Source: a virus (taxonomy: Duplodnaviria > Caudoviricetes). Taken from it: a DNA stretch of 64,000 bases. The stretch is from the IMG/VR virus record IMGVR_UViG_3300032116_000002. The stretch is one strand, 5' to 3'. The notes beneath the pieces are model-generated. The model was not told the DNA's origin and did no database searches. It worked only from the letters and a program-made list of their open reading frames with translations. Below, one piece after another: positions 26,689 through 36,121 of the stretch; within the stretch, counting starts at the first letter, position 1, and every line of letters starts with the position of its first letter. The position numbers were made by a program, and so were the translations under genes.

Positions 26689-26982
26689 ATGTCTAGGACA
26701 CAACCAAAGGTAATACTAGAGATTGTAGATAAGTCTACATATAAAAATGACCAGATTGTAGAAGCAGCCGGTATATGGGCAGTATTCTACGATGGGCAAC
26801 CTATCAACCTTAAAAGTCAGCACTACCTAGACAGTCAATCAGTTCCCAAGTACAAAAAGACTAGTTTCAGTAATCCTGGTCACGCAAGAAATCTTTGTCG
26901 TAAATTAAATTTACAATTCAAAACAGACAAGTTTAGTGTCGTGTTTATGAATTCAGGTACAAAGGTTTATCCAGATGATTAG
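26689..26982 (+). CDS. hypothetical phage protein
   Basis: YKKTSFSNPGHARNL motif. Confidence 0.6.
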   Translation: MSRTQPKVILEIVDKSTYKNDQIVEAAGIWAVFYDGQPINLKSQHYLDSQSVPKYKKTSFSNPGHARNLCRKLNLQFKTDKFSVVFMNSGTKVYPDD

Positions 26983-27373
26983 CCTAAAACGCAGAATCAC
27001 GCAAGCAATTCTTGACCAAATTAATAATGACCGTTATGACTTAGATTCAGCCATGAAAACGTTTTGGCTAGACATTCGTAATGAGGGTGGGCTAAGATTA
27101 AGTGACATAGGTGATATAGTTTTTGGTCAAGCAGACATTGAACATTTTGAGTTTCCGTTCAGATTACAAAAGATTACAGATAAAGAACCTATCTATAGTT
27201 ATCAGAACCTAATGTTGGATTTGAGTATAAAAATGCCCTGCCCATACTATATTACTAGAAAGAAACCCAACGAACCATTTATAAGAATTTACGACAGTAA
27301 AATTGCAATTATGATAAATCTCTACGGAGATATATACGAATATTTGCGTAATACACAAATAAGGCGTAAATAG
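26975..27373 (+). CDS. hypothetical phage protein
   Basis: coupled ORF. Confidence 0.6.
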   Translation: MISLKRRITQAILDQINNDRYDLDSAMKTFWLDIRNEGGLRLSDIGDIVFGQADIEHFEFPFRLQKITDKEPIYSYQNLMLDLSIKMPCPYYITRKKPNEPFIRIYDSKIAIMINLYGDIYEYLRNTQIRRK

Positions 27374-27388
27374 TTAGTAGGAGGACTT

Positions 27389-27550
27389 ATGACTGAAGAA
27401 AAGAAAAGTAAGAACCCATTTATTAATATGGCAAATGCAGCAAAGAAAGCAAACAGTTTTCCAAACAATCAGCAACAAACCAAAGTTCCGAAACCCACTA
27501 AAGGGTTTGGTGGGGCAAACACAATGAGAAAAACAGGGAGAGGACGATGA
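27389..27550 (+). CDS. small basic protein
   Basis: manual translation MTEEKKSKNPF...MRKTGRGR; GGAGG RBS; not in the ORF track. Confidence 0.55.
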   Translation: MTEEKKSKNPFINMANAAKKANSFPNNQQQTKVPKPTKGFGGANTMRKTGRGR

Positions 27551-27726
27551 ATTACTTAGTAATATTAGCATTAGTTTCAGCACTAACAATACCACCGGCA
27601 TTTGCAGCAGATGCACCAGCAACACCAGTTAAGAAGGGCAATCTAATGCTTGCTAAAAAGAAGGATCATAGCAAAGCAGCGGAGAAACCAGCTAAAAAAT
27701 CAGAGAAAAAGTCTAAAAAGAAATAA
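27547..27726 (+). CDS. small exported Lys/Ala-rich protein
   Basis: signal peptide ending AFA, then ADAPATPVKK...KKSKKK; ATGA-coupled. Confidence 0.55.
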   Translation: MNYLVILALVSALTIPPAFAADAPATPVKKGNLMLAKKKDHSKAAEKPAKKSEKKSKKK

Positions 27727-27739
27727 CACTGATAAATAG

Positions 27740-27949
27740 TTGATGCTATACAGTTTTAAAGGCAATTATCCAGATAAGTTACCTAATTACATCATGTTAG
27801 ATGACGGCACACAAACATGTTGCTGTTGTATGACTGATTATGAAATTATGAGGGCAGGATACACTTTAGTTCCTGAACCCCCAGTAGTTGAAGATGGTCA
27901 CACACTAGATTGGGTCAATAACAACTGGACGATAATTAAAAACAGTTAA
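27740..27949 (+). CDS. hypothetical protein
   Basis: ORF after TAAATA at 27733; TCCCC motif. Confidence 0.5.
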   Translation: MMLYSFKGNYPDKLPNYIMLDDGTQTCCCCMTDYEIMRAGYTLVPEPPVVEDGHTLDWVNNNWTIIKNS

Positions 27950-27995
27950 GAGGTTCTGTAAAAACCTCAATCACACTTACAGATAGGAGAAAAAT

Positions 27996-28262
27996 ATGTT
28001 TAGTTTCAATATGTTCGACCCAAGCGCATTTAAGAGTTTCTATTCACCGGAATTCTATATTGACAGCTTTCAAAATACTAAGAAATTAGTAACCGATAAA
28101 GTAATTACAGATAAAACTTTAAACAAAGCAGCCCATGCATATATTGATGCACAAACTTCTTTTGCTAAAGTTTTAGTAAACAATACAATGGATATTGCTA
28201 AAGTAATTACTGAAAATTTATCCGACAAAGTTTTACAAAAAAATAAAACAAAAGGCGAGTAA
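27996..28262 (+). CDS. phasin-like amphipathic helical protein
   Basis: FYIDSFQNTKK...YIDAQTSFAK pattern; AGGAG RBS. Confidence 0.5.
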   Translation: MFSFNMFDPSAFKSFYSPEFYIDSFQNTKKLVTDKVITDKTLNKAAHAYIDAQTSFAKVLVNNTMDIAKVITENLSDKVLQKNKTKGE

Positions 28263-28264
28263 TT

Positions 28265-28435
28265 GTGCCTTGCGTTAATTGGGTTAGATCACTAGTTAGT
28301 GATCTATTCTCTAACCAGTATGGGTCTGAGTTGGAGAAATATATTATTAATAAAAATCCCAAAACACTAGCGGATGTTGAAAGATATGCGCTAGAATACA
28401 ACCGAAAGCTTGTAAATCAAGCTCTCGAACACTAA
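28265..28435 (+). CDS. small protein, DUF3563-like
   Basis: GTG start; LEKYIINKNPKTLADVERY; not in the ORF track. Confidence 0.45.
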   Translation: MPCVNWVRSLVSDLFSNQYGSELEKYIINKNPKTLADVERYALEYNRKLVNQALEH

Positions 28436-28452
28436 CTTACACGGAGACAGAT

Positions 28453-28728
28453 ATGAACGATTTAACACCAAAACTACCAGAAGTAAAATTCAACAAGAAC
28501 GGTTATGAAATTCGCACAGATATTTTAGCAATGGCTAAAGACCTAGCATTGCAAGATTTTCAGATGAAATATTCAGGATGGGAAATCACAGCAAAGCGTG
28601 ATGAAAAGACAGGCCAAATTGTTAACAAAGTGGAAATGCCTACATTTCCTGGTCTTGAACAAATTCTTGAAACAGCAGAAAAAATGTATGCGTTTGTAAA
28701 TCAAGCATCAAACACAAATAAAAAATAA
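28453..28728 (+). CDS. hypothetical phage protein
   Basis: KNGYEIRTDILAMAKD motif; GGAG RBS. Confidence 0.6.
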   Translation: MNDLTPKLPEVKFNKNGYEIRTDILAMAKDLALQDFQMKYSGWEITAKRDEKTGQIVNKVEMPTFPGLEQILETAEKMYAFVNQASNTNKK

Positions 28729-29318
28729 TGTACAGAAAAGATATTGTAGGTTGGTTACTAGACAACGAAGTAGCCGCTATAGAAAAATTTTGTGGGTTAT
28801 GTCCTAAAGGTCATGACATTATTGAAGTCGGTCCTTTTGCAGGTAGAACAACACAAATCATAGCAGATATTTGTAAATCTAGTACCATCTACTCTATCGA
28901 TCCATGGCCTATTACAGAATCTGGCATCGTATGGGAAGGTCAAAACTACGAAGGCCCAGGTTATGATAGTAGCGACATAGAAGGTATCTTTCAAAAAGAA
29001 ATATTAGATGTGTTTCCGAACGTAGTTAAAATCAAAGGACAATTTCCTGAAGATTTGCCAACTGAATATACAAGAAATATAGGTTGGGTACATTGGGATA
29101 CTGATAATGTATTTGATGAGAATGCCGAAAATAGAATGCGTGAGCAATTTTCTTACGCATGGAGTCTATTGCCTGTTGGTGGTTTATTATCAGGGCATAC
29201 ATTTGCAGGTTGGATGCCCAAAGTAGTAACGGCAGTAAGAAATTTTGCTGAGTGGGAAGCAAAAGCAGAGGTCATACTACCACCAAACGGATCAACTTGG
29301 TACTTGTTAAAAAGATAA
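28728..29318 (+). CDS. class I SAM-dependent methyltransferase (Methyltransf_24-like)
   Basis: IIEVGPFAGRTT, YSIDPW, VHWDT, LLPVGGLLSGH. Confidence 0.8.
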   Translation: MYRKDIVGWLLDNEVAAIEKFCGLCPKGHDIIEVGPFAGRTTQIIADICKSSTIYSIDPWPITESGIVWEGQNYEGPGYDSSDIEGIFQKEILDVFPNVVKIKGQFPEDLPTEYTRNIGWVHWDTDNVFDENAENRMREQFSYAWSLLPVGGLLSGHTFAGWMPKVVTAVRNFAEWEAKAEVILPPNGSTWYLLKR

Positions 29319-29319
29319 C

Positions 29320-29345
29320 AAAGCCCCGAAAGGGGCTTTTATTTT
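29320..29345 (+). terminator. rho-independent terminator
   Basis: AAAGCCCC-GAAA-GGGGCTTT followed by TATTTT. Confidence 0.85.
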
Positions 29346-29408
29346 GGTTGACAATAAATCCATTTGGGTCTATACTTACGGTATAGTCAATCAACAGGAG
29401 CTAATATG
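29345..29408 (+). repeat. promoter-RBS cassette copy 1
   Basis: TTGACA(29348)-17-TATACT, CGGTATAGT, AGGAG, ATG. Confidence 0.8.
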
Positions 29409-29591
29409 TTTATCAATCTCAATGCTAGCAAGCCAAACGGTGACTTCATGATCACTTCTTCCGCTGTATTGCAAGATATGCATCCTACTGCTACTATTGC
29501 AGAAATTACTGAAATGCTAATTAAAATTGGTGACGAGTACGAAGCCAAAGGTTATCAACTTAGCTACACTTTTGATGAGGAGTTAGTATAA
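29406..29591 (+). CDS. small early hypothetical protein
   Basis: true start follows the cassette RBS. Confidence 0.55.
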   Translation: MFINLNASKPNGDFMITSSAVLQDMHPTATIAEITEMLIKIGDEYEAKGYQLSYTFDEELV

Positions 29592-29833
29592 TGATAACAG
29601 CAGAAAAAGTTAACAAACTATCAAATCTTGATAAAGACCAACTTCAAGGTGCGTTGACCACTGCGGGATACGCAATGTGTGAAAAGTTACTACAAAGTAA
29701 ATTTGTAGGTATTACAACAGGCGGTGATTTTTGTTATCAATTTACTTACAAAGACACCTACAGTGGATTGTTGTCAATTGGGAAACTATTTGTTAACATA
29801 GATGCAACAGGAAATATTGTTGCCGAATATTAA
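29591..29833 (+). CDS. small early hypothetical protein
   Basis: TAATG-coupled ORF. Confidence 0.55.
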   Translation: MITAEKVNKLSNLDKDQLQGALTTAGYAMCEKLLQSKFVGITTGGDFCYQFTYKDTYSGLLSIGKLFVNIDATGNIVAEY

Positions 29834-29836
29834 TTT

Positions 29837-29901
29837 TGGTTGACAATAAATCCATTTGGCGATATAATATCGGTATAGTGAATAACAAGGAGCGACAAAT
29901 G
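29837..29901 (+). repeat. promoter-RBS cassette copy 2
   Basis: TTGACA(29840)-17-TATAAT; 60 of 65 bp identical to 43743..43807. Confidence 0.9.
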
Positions 29902-30171
29902 ACTACAGCATTTCAAGGTTTGACTACTCAGGAAATTCGTCAAGTTTCTATGTACGGTTGCACTGAACAGCAGTTGCGTGAATCTATTGAGGATAGCATT
30001 ACTTTCAAATTGTCAGGTCCTCTGATGATCGCAGCAGGTATGTTGTCTGATGCACAAGAAATGATTTGCACCGAATACGGTGAGGTTACTGATGGTCGTG
30101 CTAACGAAGCCCGTCAAGCAATCAATCGTGCAAAATGGGTTATGTTCACTTATGCAATGGAGGACAAATAA
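29899..30171 (+). CDS. small early hypothetical protein
   Basis: ATG after AAGGAG; the ORF-track extension is translated promoter. Confidence 0.6.
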   Translation: MTTAFQGLTTQEIRQVSMYGCTEQQLRESIEDSITFKLSGPLMIAAGMLSDAQEMICTEYGEVTDGRANEARQAINRAKWVMFTYAMEDK

Positions 30172-30371
30172 TGTCAAATACTTACACATTTAGGCAAATT
30201 GCATATATCACAATTGAGGTGGTTGCTGATACAGAGGATGAGGCATACGATAAAATGTGTGATATCGATCCACTAACAGGTGATATTGATTACGAAGAAC
30301 CTGAGTTGGAATCTATTGAAGATGTAAACGGTAAACGTCTTTGGGATATGTATAAAGGAGAAATGGTATAA
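30171..30371 (+). CDS. small acidic early protein
   Basis: IEVVADTEDEAYDK pattern. Confidence 0.55.
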   Translation: MSNTYTFRQIAYITIEVVADTEDEAYDKMCDIDPLTGDIDYEEPELESIEDVNGKRLWDMYKGEMV

Positions 30372-30646
30372 TGGTTACTATTCAACAAATTAATCAAGAA
30401 ATTATGTTTGGTAATTTGTCTAACGACCAATTGAATGGTATTATACAATCAATTAAGTTTAGGCGCAATCAAATATTGAAGGAAAACAAACGCAGCCTAG
30501 GTATTGGTAGCGATGTTAAATTTGTAAACAGCCGTACTGGTCAGTATGTTGTTGGTAAGGTTACATCAATCAAAACTAAAAATGTTATTGTTGCTGCAGG
30601 TCTTACTAACTGGCGAGTGCCCGCTAATCTGTTGGAGGCTGTATAA
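30371..30646 (+). CDS. small early protein with SH3/KOW-like C-terminus
   Basis: GSDVKF...GKVTSIKTKNVIV...WRVPANLLE. Confidence 0.6.
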   Translation: MVTIQQINQEIMFGNLSNDQLNGIIQSIKFRRNQILKENKRSLGIGSDVKFVNSRTGQYVVGKVTSIKTKNVIVAAGLTNWRVPANLLEAV

Positions 30647-30946
30647 TGAATAAACTAGAAGAATTGGCCAATGAAATTGCATTCCTAAATAATTCGGATA
30701 TGCAAAAGCTTGCAGAATTATTGGTTAAAGATTATACTACAAGGGCTGATGCACTTGAGGCGCAACTAAACACTGCCCTTTTTGACAGTTCACTTTACAA
30801 TCAACAAGGTGGTTTTGTATGAAAAACTTTGTACTAGGAACTATTTTTGGTATTATCGTTTCAACGATTGGCTTTGCAGGTGTTGCTAAGGTACTTGACA
30901 AGGCTGTGGATGTAACTAAACAACAAGCAGAGAAGGCGGCACAATA

Positions 30947-31321
30947 ATGGGTCTTGATCAATACGCATACGTGGCAAACAAAGTAAACAGTACAAATGAT
31001 TCTTCAACCGAACTAGCATACTGGCGTAAGCATCCTAATCTGCAGGGTTGGATGGAAAGTCTTTGGATTGAAAAAGGTAAGCCAGGTGTTGAGGATCATG
31101 TCAACGAAGGTATGTTTAACGGTATTGAACTTGAACTGACCTTTGATGATATTGTAAGATTGGAAGAGGATATTAAAAACAACAATCTTCCAGCTACTAC
31201 TGGATTCTTTTTTGGTAATCCTAGTGATGATTACTACAAAAATCAAGACCTTGAATTTGTATACGAAGCAAAATCACGCCTGTTCTTAGGTCAAAAAGTT
31301 TTCTATAATTCTAGTTGGTAA
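30947..31321 (+). CDS. phage hypothetical protein
   Basis: MGLDQY...YWRKHPNLQGWM...GFFFG...YNSSW pattern. Confidence 0.7.
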   Translation: MGLDQYAYVANKVNSTNDSSTELAYWRKHPNLQGWMESLWIEKGKPGVEDHVNEGMFNGIELELTFDDIVRLEEDIKNNNLPATTGFFFGNPSDDYYKNQDLEFVYEAKSRLFLGQKVFYNSSW

Positions 31322-31330
31322 AGGATAAAC

Positions 31331-32662
31331 ATGTCGGCTTCATGGATTAAAAAATTAAACGAGAGCGACAGTCGCCTACACAAAGAAGATGTTATCCGTC
31401 AAGCATTGGAAGCTGCTACACTAGGCAGCACCAATGCTATTAATTTTTTAACACTCACAAAATTATGTTATAATCCTTATCATACCTTTGGTGTTAAGCA
31501 GGTACCCGATACAGCAGGTATTATCAATGCAGAAAACCCATGGGAAGAATTCAATGAATTGTTGCATGAACTCGGCCAACGTGGATTAACTGGTCATGCG
31601 GCACGTGATGCTATTGCCGAACTAAGCGAACGATTCGATAGCGAAGAATGGAATACATTTCTTGCGCCTGTATTGCGCCGTGATCTACGAGCAGGTATTA
31701 GTGACAAAACAATAAATAAAATTTGTAAGAAAACAGACTACGAAATTCCAATCTTTGGTTGTCAGTTAGCTACCAATTCAGAAGGTCGTCCTGAAATGGC
31801 AGGCATCAAACGCCTTGAGCCCAAACTTGATGGTGTTCGTGTTATTATGATGGTACAAATGCAAGATGTTGACAATGTATATGTCACAAGTTATAGCCGT
31901 AATGGTAAAGTCTTTGATAACTTTGGTCACATTGAACAACAGATTAAAGATAACATAAGCCTTTTCTATTCTATACATATAGATTTTCAAAATGGTTTTA
32001 TACTTGACGGTGAAGTAGTTGGTAATAGCTTCCAAGAACTTATGCGTCAAGCACGCCGTAAAGAAAATGTGCAGGCTGAAGATAGTGTATTTCATATCTT
32101 TGATATTTTACCTAGGCGAGCGTTCGGTGAAGGTATTTATAAAGAACCATTGAGTAAGCGAATCAAATACTTGGAAAAAATGCGTCCTTTTATTAACCGT
32201 ATGCCCAATGTTGAATTGCTTGAACATATTAATGTTGACCTTGACACAAATGAAGGTCATGATAAACTTAATCGTTATGCCAAAGACATGGTGAATCTTG
32301 GTTACGAAGGAATTATGATTAAAGATATTCATGCCTTTTATGTATGCAAACGTAGCACAGATTGGATGAAGTGGAAGCCAACTATTACAGTTGACCTTAC
32401 TGTAGTTGCTATTGAACAAGGCACTGGTCGCAATAGTGATAGACTAGGTGCACTTGTGTGTGAGGGTGAAGATGATGGTAAGTATATTACTGTTAATGTG
32501 GGTAGTGGTTTCAGTGATGAGGATCGTGACAGTTATTGGGAAAACCAATCCTCAATTATTGGTCGTACAGCCGAAGTACTTTGCGATGCTGTTACTCAAA
32601 ACCAAGATGGAAGTTATAGTTTACGGTTTCCTCGCTTTATTCGTTTTAGGGATGATAAATGA
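31331..32662 (+). CDS. lig: ATP-dependent DNA ligase
   Basis: EPKLDGVR (KxDG), LDGEVV, FDIL, EGIMIK, KWKP, SLRFPRF. Confidence 0.96.
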   Translation: MSASWIKKLNESDSRLHKEDVIRQALEAATLGSTNAINFLTLTKLCYNPYHTFGVKQVPDTAGIINAENPWEEFNELLHELGQRGLTGHAARDAIAELSERFDSEEWNTFLAPVLRRDLRAGISDKTINKICKKTDYEIPIFGCQLATNSEGRPEMAGIKRLEPKLDGVRVIMMVQMQDVDNVYVTSYSRNGKVFDNFGHIEQQIKDNISLFYSIHIDFQNGFILDGEVVGNSFQELMRQARRKENVQAEDSVFHIFDILPRRAFGEGIYKEPLSKRIKYLEKMRPFINRMPNVELLEHINVDLDTNEGHDKLNRYAKDMVNLGYEGIMIKDIHAFYVCKRSTDWMKWKPTITVDLTVVAIEQGTGRNSDRLGALVCEGEDDGKYITVNVGSGFSDEDRDSYWENQSSIIGRTAEVLCDAVTQNQDGSYSLRFPRFIRFRDDK

Positions 32663-32847
32663 TTTACACTTATTTTATTTTAGGAACACTTTGTTTAACT
32701 CTTAGTGGCATGTGGTTTGGTTCTATCTGTACGGATTATTACGATGGAGTTAGAATTCAATCTACCCAATATATAATGACCTTACTCACTTTTGTAACTG
32801 GTGTTTGCCAATTCATTATGGTATACAAAACAATTGTGCTAGAATAA
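32659..32847 (+). CDS. small 2-TM membrane protein
   Basis: hydrophobic 62 aa ORF. Confidence 0.5.
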   Translation: MIYTYFILGTLCLTLSGMWFGSICTDYYDGVRIQSTQYIMTLLTFVTGVCQFIMVYKTIVLE

Positions 32848-32865
32848 AAGTTCTAGGAGATTTAT

Positions 32866-33459
32866 ATGAATTATAAAATTGAAATTTGGAGTCGCGGTAT
32901 TGACGTTGGTATTGGTAAGATTACCAAAGAACAATATGAATATTGGAACGACCGTGATACTCAAGACCTAAATGATGTTTTAAATAACAATTTTGATTAC
33001 GAGGAAAACGAAACTCCTGATGAGGCACGATTGCCCTATGAATACTATAATGAGTATGAAGATGTATTCTTTGGGTTTGGTCCTGACCATGACTATAATG
33101 AAATGACCATTAAAGATAGTGAGGGTAATATTTTATTCATGGGAGATGTTTCAGGCTTTGTAAATGAATACGATCCAAAGTATGAAGTTGGTTTACTAGA
33201 AGGTGGTGAACAAGATTACTATTCTAATTGTTTAGAGCCTGGTCATTATATACAGTGGTGTCAAGGTGGTAAAGGGTTATACTTTGATGGTGAGTTTGAT
33301 GCTGAAAAATTTGACCCATTAAAAATGGTATTTTCTATCCGTGAAACTGATTACGGAGAAATCGTTGTCGGTATAGCATACGACGGTGAAACTATAGAGA
33401 ACCAGGCTGGTGACTACGATATAAAATCCTTTGAGGCATCGGTATTTCATGCTGAGTGA
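32866..33459 (+). CDS. acidic hypothetical protein
   Basis: D/E- and aromatic-rich 197 aa; AGGAG RBS. Confidence 0.6.
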   Translation: MNYKIEIWSRGIDVGIGKITKEQYEYWNDRDTQDLNDVLNNNFDYEENETPDEARLPYEYYNEYEDVFFGFGPDHDYNEMTIKDSEGNILFMGDVSGFVNEYDPKYEVGLLEGGEQDYYSNCLEPGHYIQWCQGGKGLYFDGEFDAEKFDPLKMVFSIRETDYGEIVVGIAYDGETIENQAGDYDIKSFEASVFHAE

Positions 33460-33664
33460 CCTAGTAGGTAAATCTCATGTATTTGAGGATGGTATAACCT
33501 TAACGATTTTAGAAGTCAAGCACCGTGACGCAGGCGTAATTTGGGTAGTATATCAGACTAATGATGGAATACATATACCTAAAAAATTGATGATGCCAGA
33601 ATTAGAATTTTTGAATTCATACGGTCATTTGTTCGGATTGAGAAATGTTCCTAAAAATTTTTAA
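33431..33664 (+). CDS. hypothetical protein
   Basis: ORF; start uncertain. Confidence 0.45.
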   Translation: MRHRYFMLSDLVGKSHVFEDGITLTILEVKHRDAGVIWVVYQTNDGIHIPKKLMMPELEFLNSYGHLFGLRNVPKNF

Positions 33665-33842
33665 CACACTGAAATATAGTTCAGTAAAAATTTCGATTCA
33701 ATTAAATCCATTGCAATGGCGATGGATTCCATATCATTTTATTGGTAAACTAAATGAGTGGCCTGATGAAAATGTTTATCAATTTATATTCAGTTGGATA
33801 TTTCTCTCGACAAGGGTGTATATTGATGATGGTTCTTGGTGA
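33645..33842 (+). CDS. hypothetical protein
   Basis: ORF ending IDDGSW. Confidence 0.45.
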   Translation: MFLKIFNTLKYSSVKISIQLNPLQWRWIPYHFIGKLNEWPDENVYQFIFSWIFLSTRVYIDDGSW

Positions 33843-33855
33843 TAAATAATAAACT

Positions 33856-35403
33856 ATGATATTTGCTTATATAATTCTTTTTACCGCTATAATGCTTAGT
33901 GCTGTAGCAGCTTATTACTCAATAGCAGGACTTACTGCTATTTTTGCTGCGGCTGTACTCCCTGTTATTATTATGGGAGGTACACTAGAGTTAGGAAAAG
34001 TAGTCGCTACAGTATGGCTGCACAATAACTGGAAGAGAATTAATTGGGCATATAAATCATATCTACTACCTGCTATTGTATTCTTAATGCTTTTGACTAG
34101 TATGGGTATCTTTGGCTTTCTATCAAAAGCACATAGTGACCAAAGCTTAGTCAGCGGAGATGCAATGAGTAAGGTTGCAATTTTTGATGAGAAAATTGCT
34201 ACAGAAAAAGATAACATTGCACAATCTAAAAAAGCACTTGAACAAATGAATCAACAAGTTGATCAAATGCTCGGGCGTAGTGACACAGAGCGTGGTGCTG
34301 AACGTGCAGTAAGTATTCGCAAAAACCAAGCGAAAGAACGTGCTGCATTACAAGCAGAAATTACAAAATCACAAAAAATAATTCAAAAGTTACAAGAGGA
34401 ACGTGCACCACTTGCAGCGGAATTTAGAAAAGTGGAGGCTGAAGTTGGACCTATCAAATATATTGCTGCTTTATTATACGGCGACAATCCCGATCAAAAT
34501 ATTTTGGAGCGTGCTGTACGTTGGGTTATTATACTTATTGTTATTGTTTTCGATCCGTTAGCACTATGCTTGATTCTAGCAGGTAATAAGCAAATGGAAT
34601 GGGCACGTGAGGATAAAGAAAAAGCAAAGATGGATGCTGTTGCAGACGATGTTGCTGCAATGAATATCAATGCGGAGCCAGCCGGTGTACAGATACGACC
34701 ATGGACTGAAGAAGAAATTGAGGCATTAAATTCATATGATCCTAATGCGAAAAAGGCTAATGAAGAAATTGCTAAGATTGAAACCGAAGAACCGGTTATT
34801 GATATACCTGAAGAGGTAGCCGAAGAAGTCATTGAAGAACCGGTACAAGAACCTGTACAGGTAGCAGTAGAAGAAAAACCAATTGAAGAAGAAATTCAAG
34901 AAATTTTAGCAAGCAATAATGTAATTACAACCACAGATGATGTACAAGTTGGTGGTACTGAAAACGTTTTACATTTCGACAATTTATTAAAAGAAGCAGC
35001 AACAAGTACAAAACAACCTTTCGTAAGAGTTCAAGATAGTGAGTATGTTGAATTTGAAGGTAAGCGTATGCACGAACGTGTACTACGTAGCCTACATCCT
35101 GAATTTTTCGGTGGGCTTGAAGCAGACAATGAATCAAATAATGGCTTCGGTAGTACCTTCCCTGAATATGCAGTTATGGGAGATTTGTTTATAAGAACAG
35201 ATGTTTTACCAAACCGCGTATTCAAATTCAATAGCAGCAAATGGATAGAAATAAACAAAGAGCATAGCGATAGTTATTTAAATAACAACAAATATCTAAG
35301 TTATCTAGTTGATAAGATTAGCACAGGTGAAGTTGATCCTGAAATACTCACTGTAGCAGAGCAGGATTGTGTTGCTAATTTTATAAGAAATCCAAAGGCT
35401 TGA
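33856..35403 (+). CDS. membrane protein with 3 N-terminal TMs, coiled coil, further TM and acidic tail
   Basis: hydrophobic N-terminus, heptad region, IVFDPLAL TM; TAAATA at 33843. Confidence 0.7.
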   Translation: MIFAYIILFTAIMLSAVAAYYSIAGLTAIFAAAVLPVIIMGGTLELGKVVATVWLHNNWKRINWAYKSYLLPAIVFLMLLTSMGIFGFLSKAHSDQSLVSGDAMSKVAIFDEKIATEKDNIAQSKKALEQMNQQVDQMLGRSDTERGAERAVSIRKNQAKERAALQAEITKSQKIIQKLQEERAPLAAEFRKVEAEVGPIKYIAALLYGDNPDQNILERAVRWVIILIVIVFDPLALCLILAGNKQMEWAREDKEKAKMDAVADDVAAMNINAEPAGVQIRPWTEEEIEALNSYDPNAKKANEEIAKIETEEPVIDIPEEVAEEVIEEPVQEPVQVAVEEKPIEEEIQEILASNNVITTTDDVQVGGTENVLHFDNLLKEAATSTKQPFVRVQDSEYVEFEGKRMHERVLRSLHPEFFGGLEADNESNNGFGSTFPEYAVMGDLFIRTDVLPNRVFKFNSSKWIEINKEHSDSYLNNNKYLSYLVDKISTGEVDPEILTVAEQDCVANFIRNPKA

Positions 35404-35428
35404 CAATAAATCCATAGTGTAGTATAGT
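35400..35428 (+). promoter_or_regulatory. sigma70-type promoter, TTGACAATAAATCCA class
   Basis: TTGACA-17 bp-TATAGT. Confidence 0.7.
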
Positions 35429-35461
35429 ATCATTTCATCAACTACTTTTTGAGGTATTCAA

Positions 35462-36121
35462 ATGAACAAACGTATTTTGGTCGTACTTATTGCAGGCGTA
35501 TTGGCTGGCTGTGGTACATTCGGTAGTAACAAAGGTATCACGCCTGCTGCTGATGCAGTCACACCAATCAAAGAAACAAAAATCACTACTACCTTTACCG
35601 ACGAAGGTGTTAAACTACATTACACTATGTCAGGCAAACTCGAACGAATCGAAGTTGTAGGTGTTGCTCCTGCTTGGAAGCGCAATCATGACATTCTAGC
35701 AGAAGCCGATGCTATGGATAAACTTGTCAAGTTTGTGCATGGCAAAAATGTATCAAGCGACCGTCGCATTAAAATTATTAGCAAGGCTTTGGATCAGGCT
35801 AGCGACCTAACTAGCAACAAGTTTTCAAGCAACGAAGGTGCTGTTGATACTGACAGTAAGGAACTAGAAGCCGAATTGAAAAACGATTCTGGTGAAACAT
35901 CACAACGCCTTAACACTGCCAAACGTAATGCACGTATCGTTGATGAAACAACGGTAAATGCTATTCAAACAATCACAGCCTCAGGTCGTCTAGTAGGTGT
36001 TCGTAAAATAGGCGATAAGGTTAAGGATGATGGCAAAACGTATGTTGCATACTATCAATGGTCTTTTCAGGACATGGATACTGCAACACAGGTTCGTAAT
36101 GCTATGATGAAAGGTAACTAA
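35462..36121 (+). CDS. lipoprotein
   Basis: MNKR plus hydrophobic core plus lipobox LAGC. Confidence 0.75.
   Translation: MNKRILVVLIAGVLAGCGTFGSNKGITPAADAVTPIKETKITTTFTDEGVKLHYTMSGKLERIEVVGVAPAWKRNHDILAEADAMDKLVKFVHGKNVSSDRRIKIISKALDQASDLTSNKFSSNEGAVDTDSKELEAELKNDSGETSQRLNTAKRNARIVDETTVNAIQTITASGRLVGVRKIGDKVKDDGKTYVAYYQWSFQDMDTATQVRNAMMKGN

Noticed and set aside
27374-27625. Minus-strand 83-aa ORF and the many other antisense or nested ORFs in the track
   Set aside because: They shadow better-supported plus-strand genes (here 27389..27550 and 27547..27726) and lack an RBS or motifs.
27950-27968. GAGGT-TCTGTAAAA-ACCTC hairpin resembling the start of a preQ1-I riboswitch
   Set aside because: No C before the 3' strand, no A-rich tail or pseudoknot partner, and the downstream gene is unrelated to que genes.
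28285-28306. 10-bp inverted repeat TAGATCACTA-GT-TAGTGATCTA
   Set aside because: Single copy inside a plausible small ORF with no U tract; no function can be supported.
29836-29898. Shared N-terminal peptide MVDNKSIWRYNIGIVNNKE / MVDNESIWAYNIGIVNNKE in two ORFs
   Set aside because: It is the translated promoter cassette; the true starts are the ATGs after AAGGAG at 29899 and 43805.
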